64,000 nucleotides of DNA from Kiritimatiellia bacterium. GTDB lineage: Bacteria > Verrucomicrobiota > Kiritimatiellia > RFP12 > UBA1067. Both the position numbers and the translations under genes were made by a program. The notes beneath the pieces were generated by a model. The model worked only from the letters and a program-made list of their open reading frames with translations. It was not told where the DNA came from and did no database searches. Where the stretch lies: positions 1,908,442-1,972,441 of the forward strand of contig JBMNFY010000017.1 in assembly GCA_050949565.1 (NCBI GenBank), written 5' to 3'. Positions 9,933 to 19,357 of this stretch are shown in pieces (the stretch's first letter is position 1; every line of letters begins with the position of its first letter).

Positions 9933-11920
9933 ACAAAACCTTCTTTCTGGGAGTGGCGGCGAGTGTCGCATTGAGCGGGAGTGCGCTCTGCGGCGAAGCA
10001 CTGCGTCCGCCTGCTATGCACGTGCTGCCTGATGGTGCGATTCAAGCGCGGGCGTGGCTCCGGCATCAGCTCGAACTGCAACGCGATGGCCTGACGGGAC
10101 ATGCGGAGGAGCTTTACGATGACATTGGTAACAGCGACTGGCTGACCGGCGCAGGACGGGGCGGCCAGTACGCCTGGGAACGCGGTCCCTATTACGCGAA
10201 GGGGCTTGTGGCACTAGCACTGGCGCTGGACGACGCCGCGCTCAAAGCGAAGGCGAAGCGCTGGGTGGATGCCATCCTCGCGAGTCAACGGCCGAATGGC
10301 GATTTCGGTCCGCGCGAACGCAACTGGTGGGCGAACATGATCGCGCTCTGGCTCGTGCGCGATTGGTGCGCGGCGACCGACGATCCGCGTGTACCGCCGT
10401 TTCTGGAGCGTTACTTTGCGTTTCAGGCGCAGGAATTGCAACGCTATACGTTGGTGGATGAGTCCAAGTGGGCCATGGCCCGCGGCGCGGATGAACTGGA
10501 CGTGGTTCTCTGGTTGCACGCGCGTACGGGCAAGAGGGAGCTTGAGGCGTTTGCCCGTCTGCTGTCGGGGCAGATCGCCGATTGGAGCACCTTCTATCAT
10601 CGCGGCGGCGACCCCTCAAAGGCGGGCTGCCGCAGCCACATCGTCAACTTCATGCAGGGCATCAAGGCACCGCCGCTGCAGTGGCGCGTCAACGGTGATC
10701 CCCGCCACCGCAACGCCTATGCGGCGGCGTTTGCGCCGGACGGTTGGATCATGACCTCCTACGGTCGGCCCGACCGCATGGTGAACGGCAGCGAGCCGCT
10801 TTCAAGTCGCAATGCATCAGAGGCCACGGAACTCTGTGCGATTGCCGAGCGCATCCTCAGCAATCTGGTGGCGCTGAGCACGTGGGGTGACGCCAGCATC
10901 GGCGATGATCTGGAGACGGTGGCGTACAATACGCTACCCGCGACTCTCGGCGCGGATGGACGCGGTATGCGCTACTACAACATTCTCAACCTGCCGTACT
11001 GTGTGGATGGGCGCTACGGGTTTGTCAATAACGGCGAAAAGGTTGGATCACTTTGTCCCGGTCCGCATTCAGGTTTTGGCTGTTGCCGCTCTAACTTCCA
11101 TTTCGCTTGGCCGAAATTCGTCCAGTCCCTTTGGATGCAAACGGCCGATGGCGGCCTCGCGGCGACAGCGTACGGACCTTGTACGGTGACGGCGGTCGCT
11201 GGCGGCACGCAGGTGACGGTGGAGGAGACGGGGAGCTATCCGTTCGGGCCGGATGTGAAGCTGACCTTCCGCGCGGGTGCGGCGACGTTTCCGCTCAAGC
11301 TGCGTATCCCCGGATGGTGTCGTGCGCCTCGGGTGACGGTGAACGGCGCAGCCGTGGCGGATGTCAAGCCGGGTTCATTCTGCACGGTCGCCCGTGCTTG
11401 GAAGCCGGGCGATGAGGTGGCGCTGCACTTCCCGATGGAGGTGACTGTCTCGGGCGGCTGGGATCGGGATGCGGCGGTGGTGACGCGGGGGCCGTTGCTC
11501 TATGCGCTCAAGCTCGCTTATGAAGACAAGGTGGTCGAGTCTTACGAGGTGCCGTTTGAAAAACGCACGGCGGGGGACCTGAACGGATTCCCGCGCCGCG
11601 AGATCCGCGCGGCTGAGCCGTGGAACCATGCGCTTGTGCTGAACGCGCGCGGCGGCATCGACGCCGAGGTGGTGACGCGGGAGATTCCCTTGCATCCATT
11701 CGACCCTGCCGCAGCGCCCGTGTCGCTGAAGGTGAAGACATTCAGGAGCGACTTCGGTGGATGGGGGCACACGCGCGACATTCTCACGGCGCGGGCCGTG
11801 GAGCCGCCGCCGAGTCCAATCGCGATTGAGGGTGATGTTCAAACGAGGGAACTTGTGCCGATGGGCGCGACCCAGGTGCGTATCGTTCTTTTCCCATGGG
11901 CGCGTGAGTCGGATAAGTGA
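9929..11920 (+). CDS. GH127/GH146-like beta-L-arabinofuranosidase domain protein, copy 1
   Basis: Signal peptide; ELC, CCRSN, YP..LRIPGW and RGPLLYAL motifs. Confidence 0.85.
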   Translation: MNKTFFLGVAASVALSGSALCGEALRPPAMHVLPDGAIQARAWLRHQLELQRDGLTGHAEELYDDIGNSDWLTGAGRGGQYAWERGPYYAKGLVALALALDDAALKAKAKRWVDAILASQRPNGDFGPRERNWWANMIALWLVRDWCAATDDPRVPPFLERYFAFQAQELQRYTLVDESKWAMARGADELDVVLWLHARTGKRELEAFARLLSGQIADWSTFYHRGGDPSKAGCRSHIVNFMQGIKAPPLQWRVNGDPRHRNAYAAAFAPDGWIMTSYGRPDRMVNGSEPLSSRNASEATELCAIAERILSNLVALSTWGDASIGDDLETVAYNTLPATLGADGRGMRYYNILNLPYCVDGRYGFVNNGEKVGSLCPGPHSGFGCCRSNFHFAWPKFVQSLWMQTADGGLAATAYGPCTVTAVAGGTQVTVEETGSYPFGPDVKLTFRAGAATFPLKLRIPGWCRAPRVTVNGAAVADVKPGSFCTVARAWKPGDEVALHFPMEVTVSGGWDRDAAVVTRGPLLYALKLAYEDKVVESYEVPFEKRTAGDLNGFPRREIRAAEPWNHALVLNARGGIDAEVVTREIPLHPFDPAAAPVSLKVKTFRSDFGGWGHTRDILTARAVEPPPSPIAIEGDVQTRELVPMGATQVRIVLFPWARESDK

Positions 11921-11947
11921 ATGACTAAAACAATGTTGTAAACGTAT

Positions 11948-12048
11948 GAGGCTCTTGTAAAACCCCTTCGTGGCATGGGCGTCTCGCCCATGAAACACGG
12001 GCAGGATGCCCGTGCCACGACTGTAAACAAAGGGTTTTTAAGAGCCTC
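11948..12048. repeat. REP-doublet MITE-like element
   Basis: Ends GAGGCTCTTGTAAAACCC and GGGTTTTTAAGAGCCTC with the same palindromic core as 1177-1277. Confidence 0.8.
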
Positions 12049-12074
12049 CGTGTACGAAAGAAAGGCAGAGAGAG

Positions 12075-13196
12075 ATGGCAGAGAAATGTTTCAAGGGTAT
12101 GAGCGGGGCGCATGCGGCGATGTTCACGCCGTTCGATGCGAAGGGACGCGTGAACCCGGAGATGATCGCAAAGATCATGGATTATGGATACGCGAATGGC
12201 TTGAAAGGGTTCTATCTGACGGGAACGACCGGCGAGTGGTGGCTGCTCTGCGGACAGATGGCGCGTTCGGACGATGGCGGCTTGACGTGGACGCGGCTCG
12301 ATGCGACACTTCCCGAGGTCTACGGGCGTACCCACCAGAACTGTCCCGTGCTGCAAAAAGCGAAGGGGCCGGACGGCAAAATGCGGTATTTCATCTATAG
12401 TGCTAAGGCTAGGGAAGGGCGCGGCCTCGGCATCCTCATGAGTGAGGATCTCGGTAAAAGCTGGCGGGAAATGCCCTTTCAGGCGCATCTTTCCGCAGGC
12501 ATGCCGCCGACGGGCTTCATGGTGCTTAAGGACGGCACCTGTGCCCTGTTCGGGCAGATCTTCAAGTCGCGTGCGAAGGCCAAGGACCGCCCCACCGACG
12601 ACCAAGCGGTGTGGATGTCTGTCTCGCAGGACGGCGGTATCACTTGGGGGCCGTCGCGCATTGTCGCGGAAGCCGACCGGCGTAACCTCTGCGAGCCGTG
12701 CTGCCTGCGTTCGCCGGACGGCAATACGCTTGTCCTGATCATGCGTGAGAACCGTCACCGCGGGCGTAGCATGATGTGCTTCTCGCGGGACGAGGGCCAG
12801 ACGTGGACGACGCCGGTCGACACGCCGTGGGCGCTGACCGGCGACCGTCACGAAGGCGTGCTGCTGCCGGACGGACGCTATGTGATTGCGTTCCGTGACC
12901 GGGCGCTCGGCTCGGAGACGTACGGCCAGTTCATGGCGTGGGTCGGCACATGGGAGGATATCGTGCATGCCCGTCCTGGTCAGTACCGTATCCACCTGCT
13001 GCGTCACTACGGTCGCGGTGGTGTCTATCCGAGCGGCGACGGCGACACCGGTTATCCGGGGGTGGAACTGTTGCCGGATGGCACGCTGGTCTGTACCACC
13101 TACACGCGCCATTTCCCCGACGACCGTCAGAGTTCAGTGGTCCTCACGCGCTTCAAGATCGAAGAGATCGATAACCTTTACAGGAAAGCCAAATGA
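12075..13196 (+). CDS. Chimeric ORF: first ~58 aa of the NanA-like protein fused in frame to the sialidase-like C-terminus
   Basis: Translation reads ...GTTGEWWLL|CGQMARSDDGG... and spans the duplication junction. Confidence 0.75.
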   Translation: MAEKCFKGMSGAHAAMFTPFDAKGRVNPEMIAKIMDYGYANGLKGFYLTGTTGEWWLLCGQMARSDDGGLTWTRLDATLPEVYGRTHQNCPVLQKAKGPDGKMRYFIYSAKAREGRGLGILMSEDLGKSWREMPFQAHLSAGMPPTGFMVLKDGTCALFGQIFKSRAKAKDRPTDDQAVWMSVSQDGGITWGPSRIVAEADRRNLCEPCCLRSPDGNTLVLIMRENRHRGRSMMCFSRDEGQTWTTPVDTPWALTGDRHEGVLLPDGRYVIAFRDRALGSETYGQFMAWVGTWEDIVHARPGQYRIHLLRHYGRGGVYPSGDGDTGYPGVELLPDGTLVCTTYTRHFPDDRQSSVVLTRFKIEEIDNLYRKAK

Positions 13197-15184
13197 ACAA
13201 AACCTTCTTTCTGGGAGTGGCGGCGAGTGTCGCATTGAGCGGGAGTGCGCTCTGCGGCGAAGCACAGCGTCCGCCTGCTATGCACGTGCTGCCTGATGGT
13301 GCGATTCAAGCGCGGGCGTGGCTCCGGCATCAACTCGAACTGCAACGCGATGGCCTGACGGGACATGCGGAGGAGCTTTACGATGACATCGGCAACAGCG
13401 ACTGGCTGACCGGTGCGGGGCGGGGCGGCCAGTACGCCTGGGAGCGCGGTCCCTATTACGCGAAGGGGCTTGTGGCACTGGCGCTGGCGCTGGACGACGC
13501 CGCGCTCAAAGCGAAGGCGAAGCGCTGGGTGGATGCCATCCTCGCGAGTCAGCGGCCGAACGGCGATTTCGGTCCGCGCGAACGCAACTGGTGGGCGAAC
13601 ATGATCGCGCTCTGGCTCGTGCGCGACTGGTGCGCGGCGACCGACGATCCGCGTGTACCGCCGTTTCTGGAGCGTTACTTTGCGTTTCAGGCGCAGGAAT
13701 TGCAACGCTATACGTTGGTGGATGAGTCCAAGTGGGCCATGGCTCGCGGCGCGGATGAACTGGACGTGGTTCTCTGGTTGCACGCGCGTACGGGCAAGCA
13801 GGAGCTTGAGGCGTTTGCCCGTCTGTTGTCGGGGCAGGTCGCCGATTGGAGCACCTTCTATCATCGCGGCGGCGACCCCTCAAAGGCGGGCTGCCGCAGC
13901 CACATCGTCAACTTCATGCAGGGCATCAAGGCACCGCCGCTGCAGTGGCGCGTCAACGGTGATCCCCGTCACCGCAACGCCTATGCGGCGGCGTTTGCGC
14001 CGGACGGTTGGATCATGACCTCCTACGGTCGGCCCGACCGCATGGTGAACGGCAGCGAGCCGCTTTCAAGTCGCAATGCATCAGAGGCCACAGAACTCTG
14101 CGCGATTGCCGAGCGCATCCTCAGCAATCTGGTGGCGCTGAGCACGTGGGGTGACGCCAGCATCGGCGATGATCTGGAGACGGTGGCGTACAATACGCTA
14201 CCCGCGACTCTCGGCGCGGATGGACGCGGCATGCGCTACTACAATGTCCTCAACCTGCCGTACTGTGTGGATGGGCGCTACGGGTTTGTGAATAACGGCG
14301 AAAAGGTTGGATCACTTTGTCCCGGTCCGCATTCAGGTTTTGGCTGCTGCCGCTCTAACTTCCATTTCGCCTGGCCGAAATTCGTCCAGTCCCTTTGGAT
14401 GCAAACGGCCGATGGCGGCCTCGCAGCGACAGCGTACGGACCTTGTACGGTGACGGCGGTCGCTGGCGGCACGCAGGTGACGGTGGAGGAGACGGGGAGC
14501 TATCCGTTCGGACCGGATGTGAAGCTGGTCTTCCGCGCGAGTGCGGCGACGTTTCCGCTCAAACTGCGCATCCCCGGATGGTGTCGTGCGCCTCGGGTGA
14601 CGGTGAACGGCGCAGCCGTGGCGGATGTCAAGCCGGGTTCATTCTGCACGGTCGCCCGTGCTTGGAAGCCGGGCGATGAGGTGGCGCTGCACTTCCCGAT
14701 GGAGGTGACTGTCTCGGGCGGCTGGGATCGGGATGCGGCGGTGGTGACGCGGGGGCCGTTGCTCTATGCGCTCAAGCTCGCTTACGAAGACAAGGTGGTC
14801 GAGTCCTACGAGGTGCCGTTTGAAAAACGCACGGTGGGGGACCTGAACGGGTTTCCGCGCCGCGAGATCCGTGCGGCCGAGCCGTGGAACCATGCGCTTG
14901 TGCTGAACGCGCGCGGCGGCATCGACGCCGAGGTGGTGACGCGGGAGATTCCCTTGCATCCATTCGACCCCGCCGCAGCGCCCGTGTCGCTGAAGGTGAA
15001 GACATTCAGGAGCGACTTCGGTGGATGGGGGCACACGCGCGACATTCTCACGGCGCGGGCCGTGGAGCCGCCGCCGAGTCCAATCGCGATTGAGGGTGAT
15101 GTTCAAACGAGGGAACTTGTGCCGATGGGCGCGACCCAGGTGCGTATCGTTCTTTTCCCATGGGCGCGTGAGTCAGGCAAGTGA
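13193..15184 (+). CDS. GH127/GH146-like protein, copy 2
   Basis: 663 aa, with about 8 substitutions relative to copy 1. Confidence 0.85.
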   Translation: MNKTFFLGVAASVALSGSALCGEAQRPPAMHVLPDGAIQARAWLRHQLELQRDGLTGHAEELYDDIGNSDWLTGAGRGGQYAWERGPYYAKGLVALALALDDAALKAKAKRWVDAILASQRPNGDFGPRERNWWANMIALWLVRDWCAATDDPRVPPFLERYFAFQAQELQRYTLVDESKWAMARGADELDVVLWLHARTGKQELEAFARLLSGQVADWSTFYHRGGDPSKAGCRSHIVNFMQGIKAPPLQWRVNGDPRHRNAYAAAFAPDGWIMTSYGRPDRMVNGSEPLSSRNASEATELCAIAERILSNLVALSTWGDASIGDDLETVAYNTLPATLGADGRGMRYYNVLNLPYCVDGRYGFVNNGEKVGSLCPGPHSGFGCCRSNFHFAWPKFVQSLWMQTADGGLAATAYGPCTVTAVAGGTQVTVEETGSYPFGPDVKLVFRASAATFPLKLRIPGWCRAPRVTVNGAAVADVKPGSFCTVARAWKPGDEVALHFPMEVTVSGGWDRDAAVVTRGPLLYALKLAYEDKVVESYEVPFEKRTVGDLNGFPRREIRAAEPWNHALVLNARGGIDAEVVTREIPLHPFDPAAAPVSLKVKTFRSDFGGWGHTRDILTARAVEPPPSPIAIEGDVQTRELVPMGATQVRIVLFPWARESGK

Positions 15185-15211
15185 GCTGTTTAAACGATGT
15201 TGTAAACGTAT

Positions 15212-15312
15212 GAGGCCCTTGTAAAACCCCCTCGTGGCATGGGCGTCTCGCCCATGAAACACGGGCAGGATGCCCGTGCCACGTCTGCAAACAAAGGGTT
15301 TTTAAGAGCCTC
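15212..15312. repeat. REP-doublet MITE-like element (duplicated copy)
   Basis: Matches 11948-12048 at offset 3264. Confidence 0.8.
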
Positions 15313-15338
15313 CGTGTACGAAAGAAAGGCAGAGAGAG

Positions 15339-16253
15339 ATGGCAGAGAAATGTTTCAAGGGCATGAGCGGGGCGCATGCGGCAATGTTCACGCCGTTCGA
15401 TGCGAAGGGACGCGTGAACCCGGAGATGATCGCAAGGATCATGGACTACGGATATGCGAACGGCTTGAGAGGGTTTTATCTGACGGGGACGACCGGCGAG
15501 TGGTGGTTGCTTTCCCTCGAGGAGCGCAAGCAGGTGCTCGCGGCGGCGGTGGCATCGAATAAGGGACGCGGCAAATTGATCGCGCATGTGGGGGCGAACC
15601 GCACCGATGATTCGGTTGAACTTGCGCGATATGCGGCAGAGATCGGCATCGACTGGGTGAGTTCCATCGCACCGCAACTCTACAGGACTTCGTTTGATGC
15701 GACGCTGTACCACTACCGCAAGATCGCCGAGGCGACCGACCTGCCCTTCATGGTGTACTCGATGGGCGCGGCGCTCGTCCCGGAGCGCGACATCCGCTTC
15801 TTTGACCTGAAGAATGTGAAGGGCATCAAGTACACGGGACGCGACTACTACGCCGCGCAGCGGTTGAAGCGTGTGCTCGACAAGAGCAAGGAGACAATCT
15901 GGTTCGCCGGCTGCGACGAACAGCTTCGCTGTGGGCTCGCCCTCGGCAATGTTTTCGCGGGCGGTATCGGTACCTCCTACAACATCATCCCGAAACACAT
16001 CGCGATGATCTGCGAATATGCCGCGAAGAATGATTTCCGGACGGCGGCAAAGTGGCAGGACGAAACGAATCGCTTAATTGAGCTGATGATCGAATCAGAC
16101 AACTGGAGCTACCGCAAGGCGATGATGCGGTTCATCGGTCTTGACTGCGGTCCGTACCGCAAGCCCTTTGAACCGCTGACGGCCGCGCAATACAAGGCCT
16201 TCGCGAAGCGTTTTGCCGCGCTCAACATCGTGAAGGCCGATCAGGCGATATGA
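15339..16253 (+). CDS. nanA: N-acetylneuraminate lyase / DHDPS family aldolase
   Basis: TPFD, GTTGE, IAHVGA and GIKYT (Schiff-base Lys) motifs; lies next to a sialidase-like gene. Substrate is inferred. Confidence 0.7.
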   Translation: MAEKCFKGMSGAHAAMFTPFDAKGRVNPEMIARIMDYGYANGLRGFYLTGTTGEWWLLSLEERKQVLAAAVASNKGRGKLIAHVGANRTDDSVELARYAAEIGIDWVSSIAPQLYRTSFDATLYHYRKIAEATDLPFMVYSMGAALVPERDIRFFDLKNVKGIKYTGRDYYAAQRLKRVLDKSKETIWFAGCDEQLRCGLALGNVFAGGIGTSYNIIPKHIAMICEYAAKNDFRTAAKWQDETNRLIELMIESDNWSYRKAMMRFIGLDCGPYRKPFEPLTAAQYKAFAKRFAALNIVKADQAI

Positions 16254-16291
16254 ACGCCGAACGCCGAACACAGAAGTGAAACCCTGAAACC

Positions 16292-17623
16292 GTGAGACTT
16301 AGTGCTGAACAGATCTTCTTGGCCGGCGTGAAGCAGGTTTTGCCGGACGCCCTGATCCGTGCGCAGCTCGAGCGTGAGGCGGATCGGTTGGTGATCGCCG
16401 GGCGTGACGTGCCGCTGCCGCGTTCGCTCTACCTGCTGGCGGCGGGCAAGGCGGCGGCGCTGATGGCCAAAGCTGCGGAGGAGGTTCTGGGGGCGCTCAT
16501 CACGGACGGCCATGTGGTCACCAAGTATGGGCACGGTCTGCCGTTGGAGCGGATCGCCCTCACCGAGGCGGGTCATCCCCTGCCCGACGCGGCAGGAGTG
16601 GAGGCCACGCGCCGGATGCTGGCCCTTGCGCGGCAGGCGGGCGCAGATGATTTGGTGCTCTGTCTGCTGTCGGGCGGGGCGTCGTCGCTGATGGCTGATC
16701 TGCCGGACGACGCGACCCTGGACGAACTGGCGGCGGCCAATGAGTTGCTGGTGAAGAGTGGTGCCGACATTTGGGCGATCAACTGCGTGCGCAAGCACCT
16801 TTCCGCCGTGAAGGGCGGACAACTGGCCGCTGCAGCCGCGCCCGCGAATGTGGTGAGCCTGATTCTCTCCGACGTGGTGGGTGATGACATCGGCGTGATC
16901 GCCTCCGGCCCTACAGCGCCTGACGAGAGTATCTTTGCCGATGCGCTGGCTGTGATTGGTCGTTTCCGGCTGTCGGATCGTCTGCCGGCATCGCTCTGGA
17001 ACCACCTGCAACGCGGCGCGTCGGGGCTGATCCCGGAAACTCCCAAGCCGGGTGATCCGCTTTTCGACAAAGTACAGAACCGAATCATCGGCAGCAACCG
17101 TTTGGCGTTGGAGGGCGCGGCGCAAAAGGCGAACGCACTCGGCTTCGAGCCGCGCATCATCACCGACACATTGCGAGGTGATTGTGGCGCGGTGGCGGAG
17201 TTCATTCTTCGTACCCTCGACGATCATCTGGCGTCGGAGTCGCGCCGTCCGCTCTGCCTGCTGTTCGGTGGCGAGCCCACGCTAAAGGTAGAGGGCGACG
17301 GGCTGGGCGGTCGCAACCAGCACTTGGCGCTTTTGTTGGCGACGCGGCTTCAAGGTCGGCAAGGAGTGACTCTGCTCTGTGCGGGCACCGATGGCACCGA
17401 CGGCCCCACCGATGCCGCCGGCGCTGTGGTGGATGGCCGTACCTTGTTTGACGCATTAGAGAAGGGGATCGATGCTCAAGCGTATCTCGACCGTTACGAC
17501 TCCTACCACTTCTTCCAGCAGGCGGGCGGCCATATTCTCACCGGCAGCACCCACACCAACGTGATGGACATGGTGGTGGCCGTGCTGCCGCGCACGGCGC
17601 GGCAACACGGAGGTAGCATTTAG
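16292..17623 (+). CDS. Glycerate kinase type 2 (MOFRL family)
   Basis: GKAA, HPLPD, LSGGASSL, KGGQLA, SDVVGDD, GGRNQ, GTDGTDG and TNVMD motifs. Confidence 0.92.
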   Translation: MRLSAEQIFLAGVKQVLPDALIRAQLEREADRLVIAGRDVPLPRSLYLLAAGKAAALMAKAAEEVLGALITDGHVVTKYGHGLPLERIALTEAGHPLPDAAGVEATRRMLALARQAGADDLVLCLLSGGASSLMADLPDDATLDELAAANELLVKSGADIWAINCVRKHLSAVKGGQLAAAAAPANVVSLILSDVVGDDIGVIASGPTAPDESIFADALAVIGRFRLSDRLPASLWNHLQRGASGLIPETPKPGDPLFDKVQNRIIGSNRLALEGAAQKANALGFEPRIITDTLRGDCGAVAEFILRTLDDHLASESRRPLCLLFGGEPTLKVEGDGLGGRNQHLALLLATRLQGRQGVTLLCAGTDGTDGPTDAAGAVVDGRTLFDALEKGIDAQAYLDRYDSYHFFQQAGGHILTGSTHTNVMDMVVAVLPRTARQHGGSI

Positions 17624-17697
17624 GATTTAGGATTTAGGAGTTTTGGCGCTGCCCGGGTTTATTTTTTACTGCGGATGACGCAGATTAACGCAGAGAT

Positions 17698-17747
17698 GTG
17701 GCACGGGCATCTTGCCCGTGTTTTCATGGGCGTGACGCCCATGCCAC
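17698..17747. repeat. REP doublet core in reverse orientation
   Basis: GTGGCACGGGCATCTTGCCCGTG-TTTT-CATGGGCGTGACGCCCATGCCAC between convergent genes. Confidence 0.8.
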
Positions 17748-17817
17748 TGGGAGTTTTTTGAACTGCCGGAACTGCCAGCACTGTCGGCAGGATCGGCAGT
17801 GCCGATAGTCCCAAATC

Positions 17818-18892
17818 CTAAATCTTGCTTCTCGCCTCCATATCATACGCATGCAGCGCATCGAGCAGGGGGTCGAGTTCGCCTTCGACGACGCGGTCGA
17901 GGCTGTAGAGCGTGAGGTTGATGCGGTGGTCGGTCACGCGGTTTTGCGGGAAGTTGTAGGTGCGGATGCGCTGGCTGCGGTCGCCTGAGCCGCGCAGGTC
18001 GAGGCGCGTCTTGCCGAGTTCGGCTTCTTCGGCCTGACGGCGCTGGTCAAGGATGCGCGACCGCAGGACGGCCATGGCCTTTTCCTTGTTGCGGTGCTGC
18101 GAGCGTTCATCCTGGCATTGCGCCACCAGCCCAGTCGGCAGGTGGGTGATACGGATGGCGGAGTAGGTGGTGTTGACGCCTTGACCGCCGTGACCGCCGG
18201 CGCAGAAAATATCGACACGCAGGTCGCTTTCGGGGATGTCGAGTTCGTCATCCTCGTCAGCTTCGGGGAAGACAATCAGCGTGGCCGCTGAAGTGTGGAT
18301 GCGGCCCTGAGCTTCCGTTTCCGGTACGCGTTGTACGCGGTGGCCGCCGCTCTCGAATTTGAAGGTGCCGTACGCGCCGTCGCCCACGACCGTGAAGACG
18401 ATCTCTTTGTAACCGCCCAACTCGGTGCCGCTGGCATCAATGATCGAGATCTTCCAGCCTTTGGCGTCGCAGTACTTAGAGTACATACGGAAGAGCACGG
18501 CAGCAAACAGCGCCGCCTCCTCGCCGCCGGTTCCGGCGCGGATTTCGAAAACCGCGTTCCGCGCGTCTGTCGGATCGGGGGGGATCAGACCGGCCAAGAC
18601 CTGACGCTCGGCTTCAGGTAGCGCGGCCTCGATGCGTTCAAGCTCCTCCTGCGCCATGGCGGCCAGTTCGGGATCGCCGTCAGGGATCGCTGGCCAGTTC
18701 GCGGTTGCCTTCCTGCTCGTCCAGCAAGCGGAAGTAAGCGTTCGCGGTGCTCTCCAACTTACGCAGCGCCGCATGCTCGCGCATCTTCTCGCGATACGCC
18801 TTGGGGTTGCCGAGCACGGCAGGGTCCGACAAGTCCGCCTCCACGGCTTGGAGCTTGTCCAGTACACGCTGAATATGCGACCTATCGATCAT
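17818..18892 (-). CDS. prfA: Peptide chain release factor 1, interrupted by a +1 frameshift at 18680-18685
   Basis: HRVQRVPET (PxT motif = RF1), GGQ and RIRTYNFPQ motifs. The N-terminus MIDRSH...ASDP ends at TGA and continues in the +1 frame as DGDPELA. Lies downstream of rpmE. Confidence 0.93.
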
Positions 18893-18964
18893 GGCAATAC
18901 ACAAAACGGGCCGGAGGAGCCTTCGCCGTACGGCGGCACCCCCGACCCGTTGTTGTGAAAACAG

Positions 18965-19171
18965 CTACGCCTTCTTGATGTTGTAGCGCCGCATGAACAG
19001 GTCAACACGACCCTCGGTGTCCAGCATGGTCTGCTGGCCCGTGTAGTAGGGATGGCAAGCCGAGCAGGTGTTGACATTCATTGTTTTCGTGGTCGACCGC
19101 GTATTGATCACATTGCCGCAAGCGCAGCTAATCGTCGCGTCACCATAATTTGGGTGGATATCCTTCTTCAT
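18965..19171 (-). CDS. rpmE: 50S ribosomal protein L31 (zinc-binding C+ type)
   Basis: MKKDIHPNY..CACGN..CSACHPYYTG..GRVD.F. Confidence 0.97.
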   Translation of the reverse strand: MKKDIHPNYGDATISCACGNVINTRSTTKTMNVNTCSACHPYYTGQQTMLDTEGRVDLFMRRYNIKKA

Positions 19172-19357
19172 AAAACAAAGCCTTTCCGTGAACGGAACGC
19201 CCAATTTAGCGTATTTCGCACATACCCCGCAAGGGGAAAGTTTTTTTATTCCGGCTTCCGGCTTCCCGCCTCTGTCTCCTCCCGCAATGAGTTGCTCCCT
19301 GATGGACGAGCGATGTGGTGAAAACGTCCGCCTCCCGCGCTCTTGCACTATTCGCTG

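Larger units (their letters stand above)
8985..15512 (+). repeat. Tandem duplication with 3264-bp unit (8985-12248 and 12249-15512)
   Basis: Constant offset of 3264 between 9929/13193 and 12075/15339. The junction at 12248/12249 joins the nanA 5' end to TGCGGACAGATG of the sialidase gene. Confidence 0.92.

Noticed and set aside
18900-18958. Stem-loop between rpmE and prfA as an ncRNA
   Set aside because: An imperfect hairpin without a U-tract or recognisable motif; most simply an mRNA stability or processing element.
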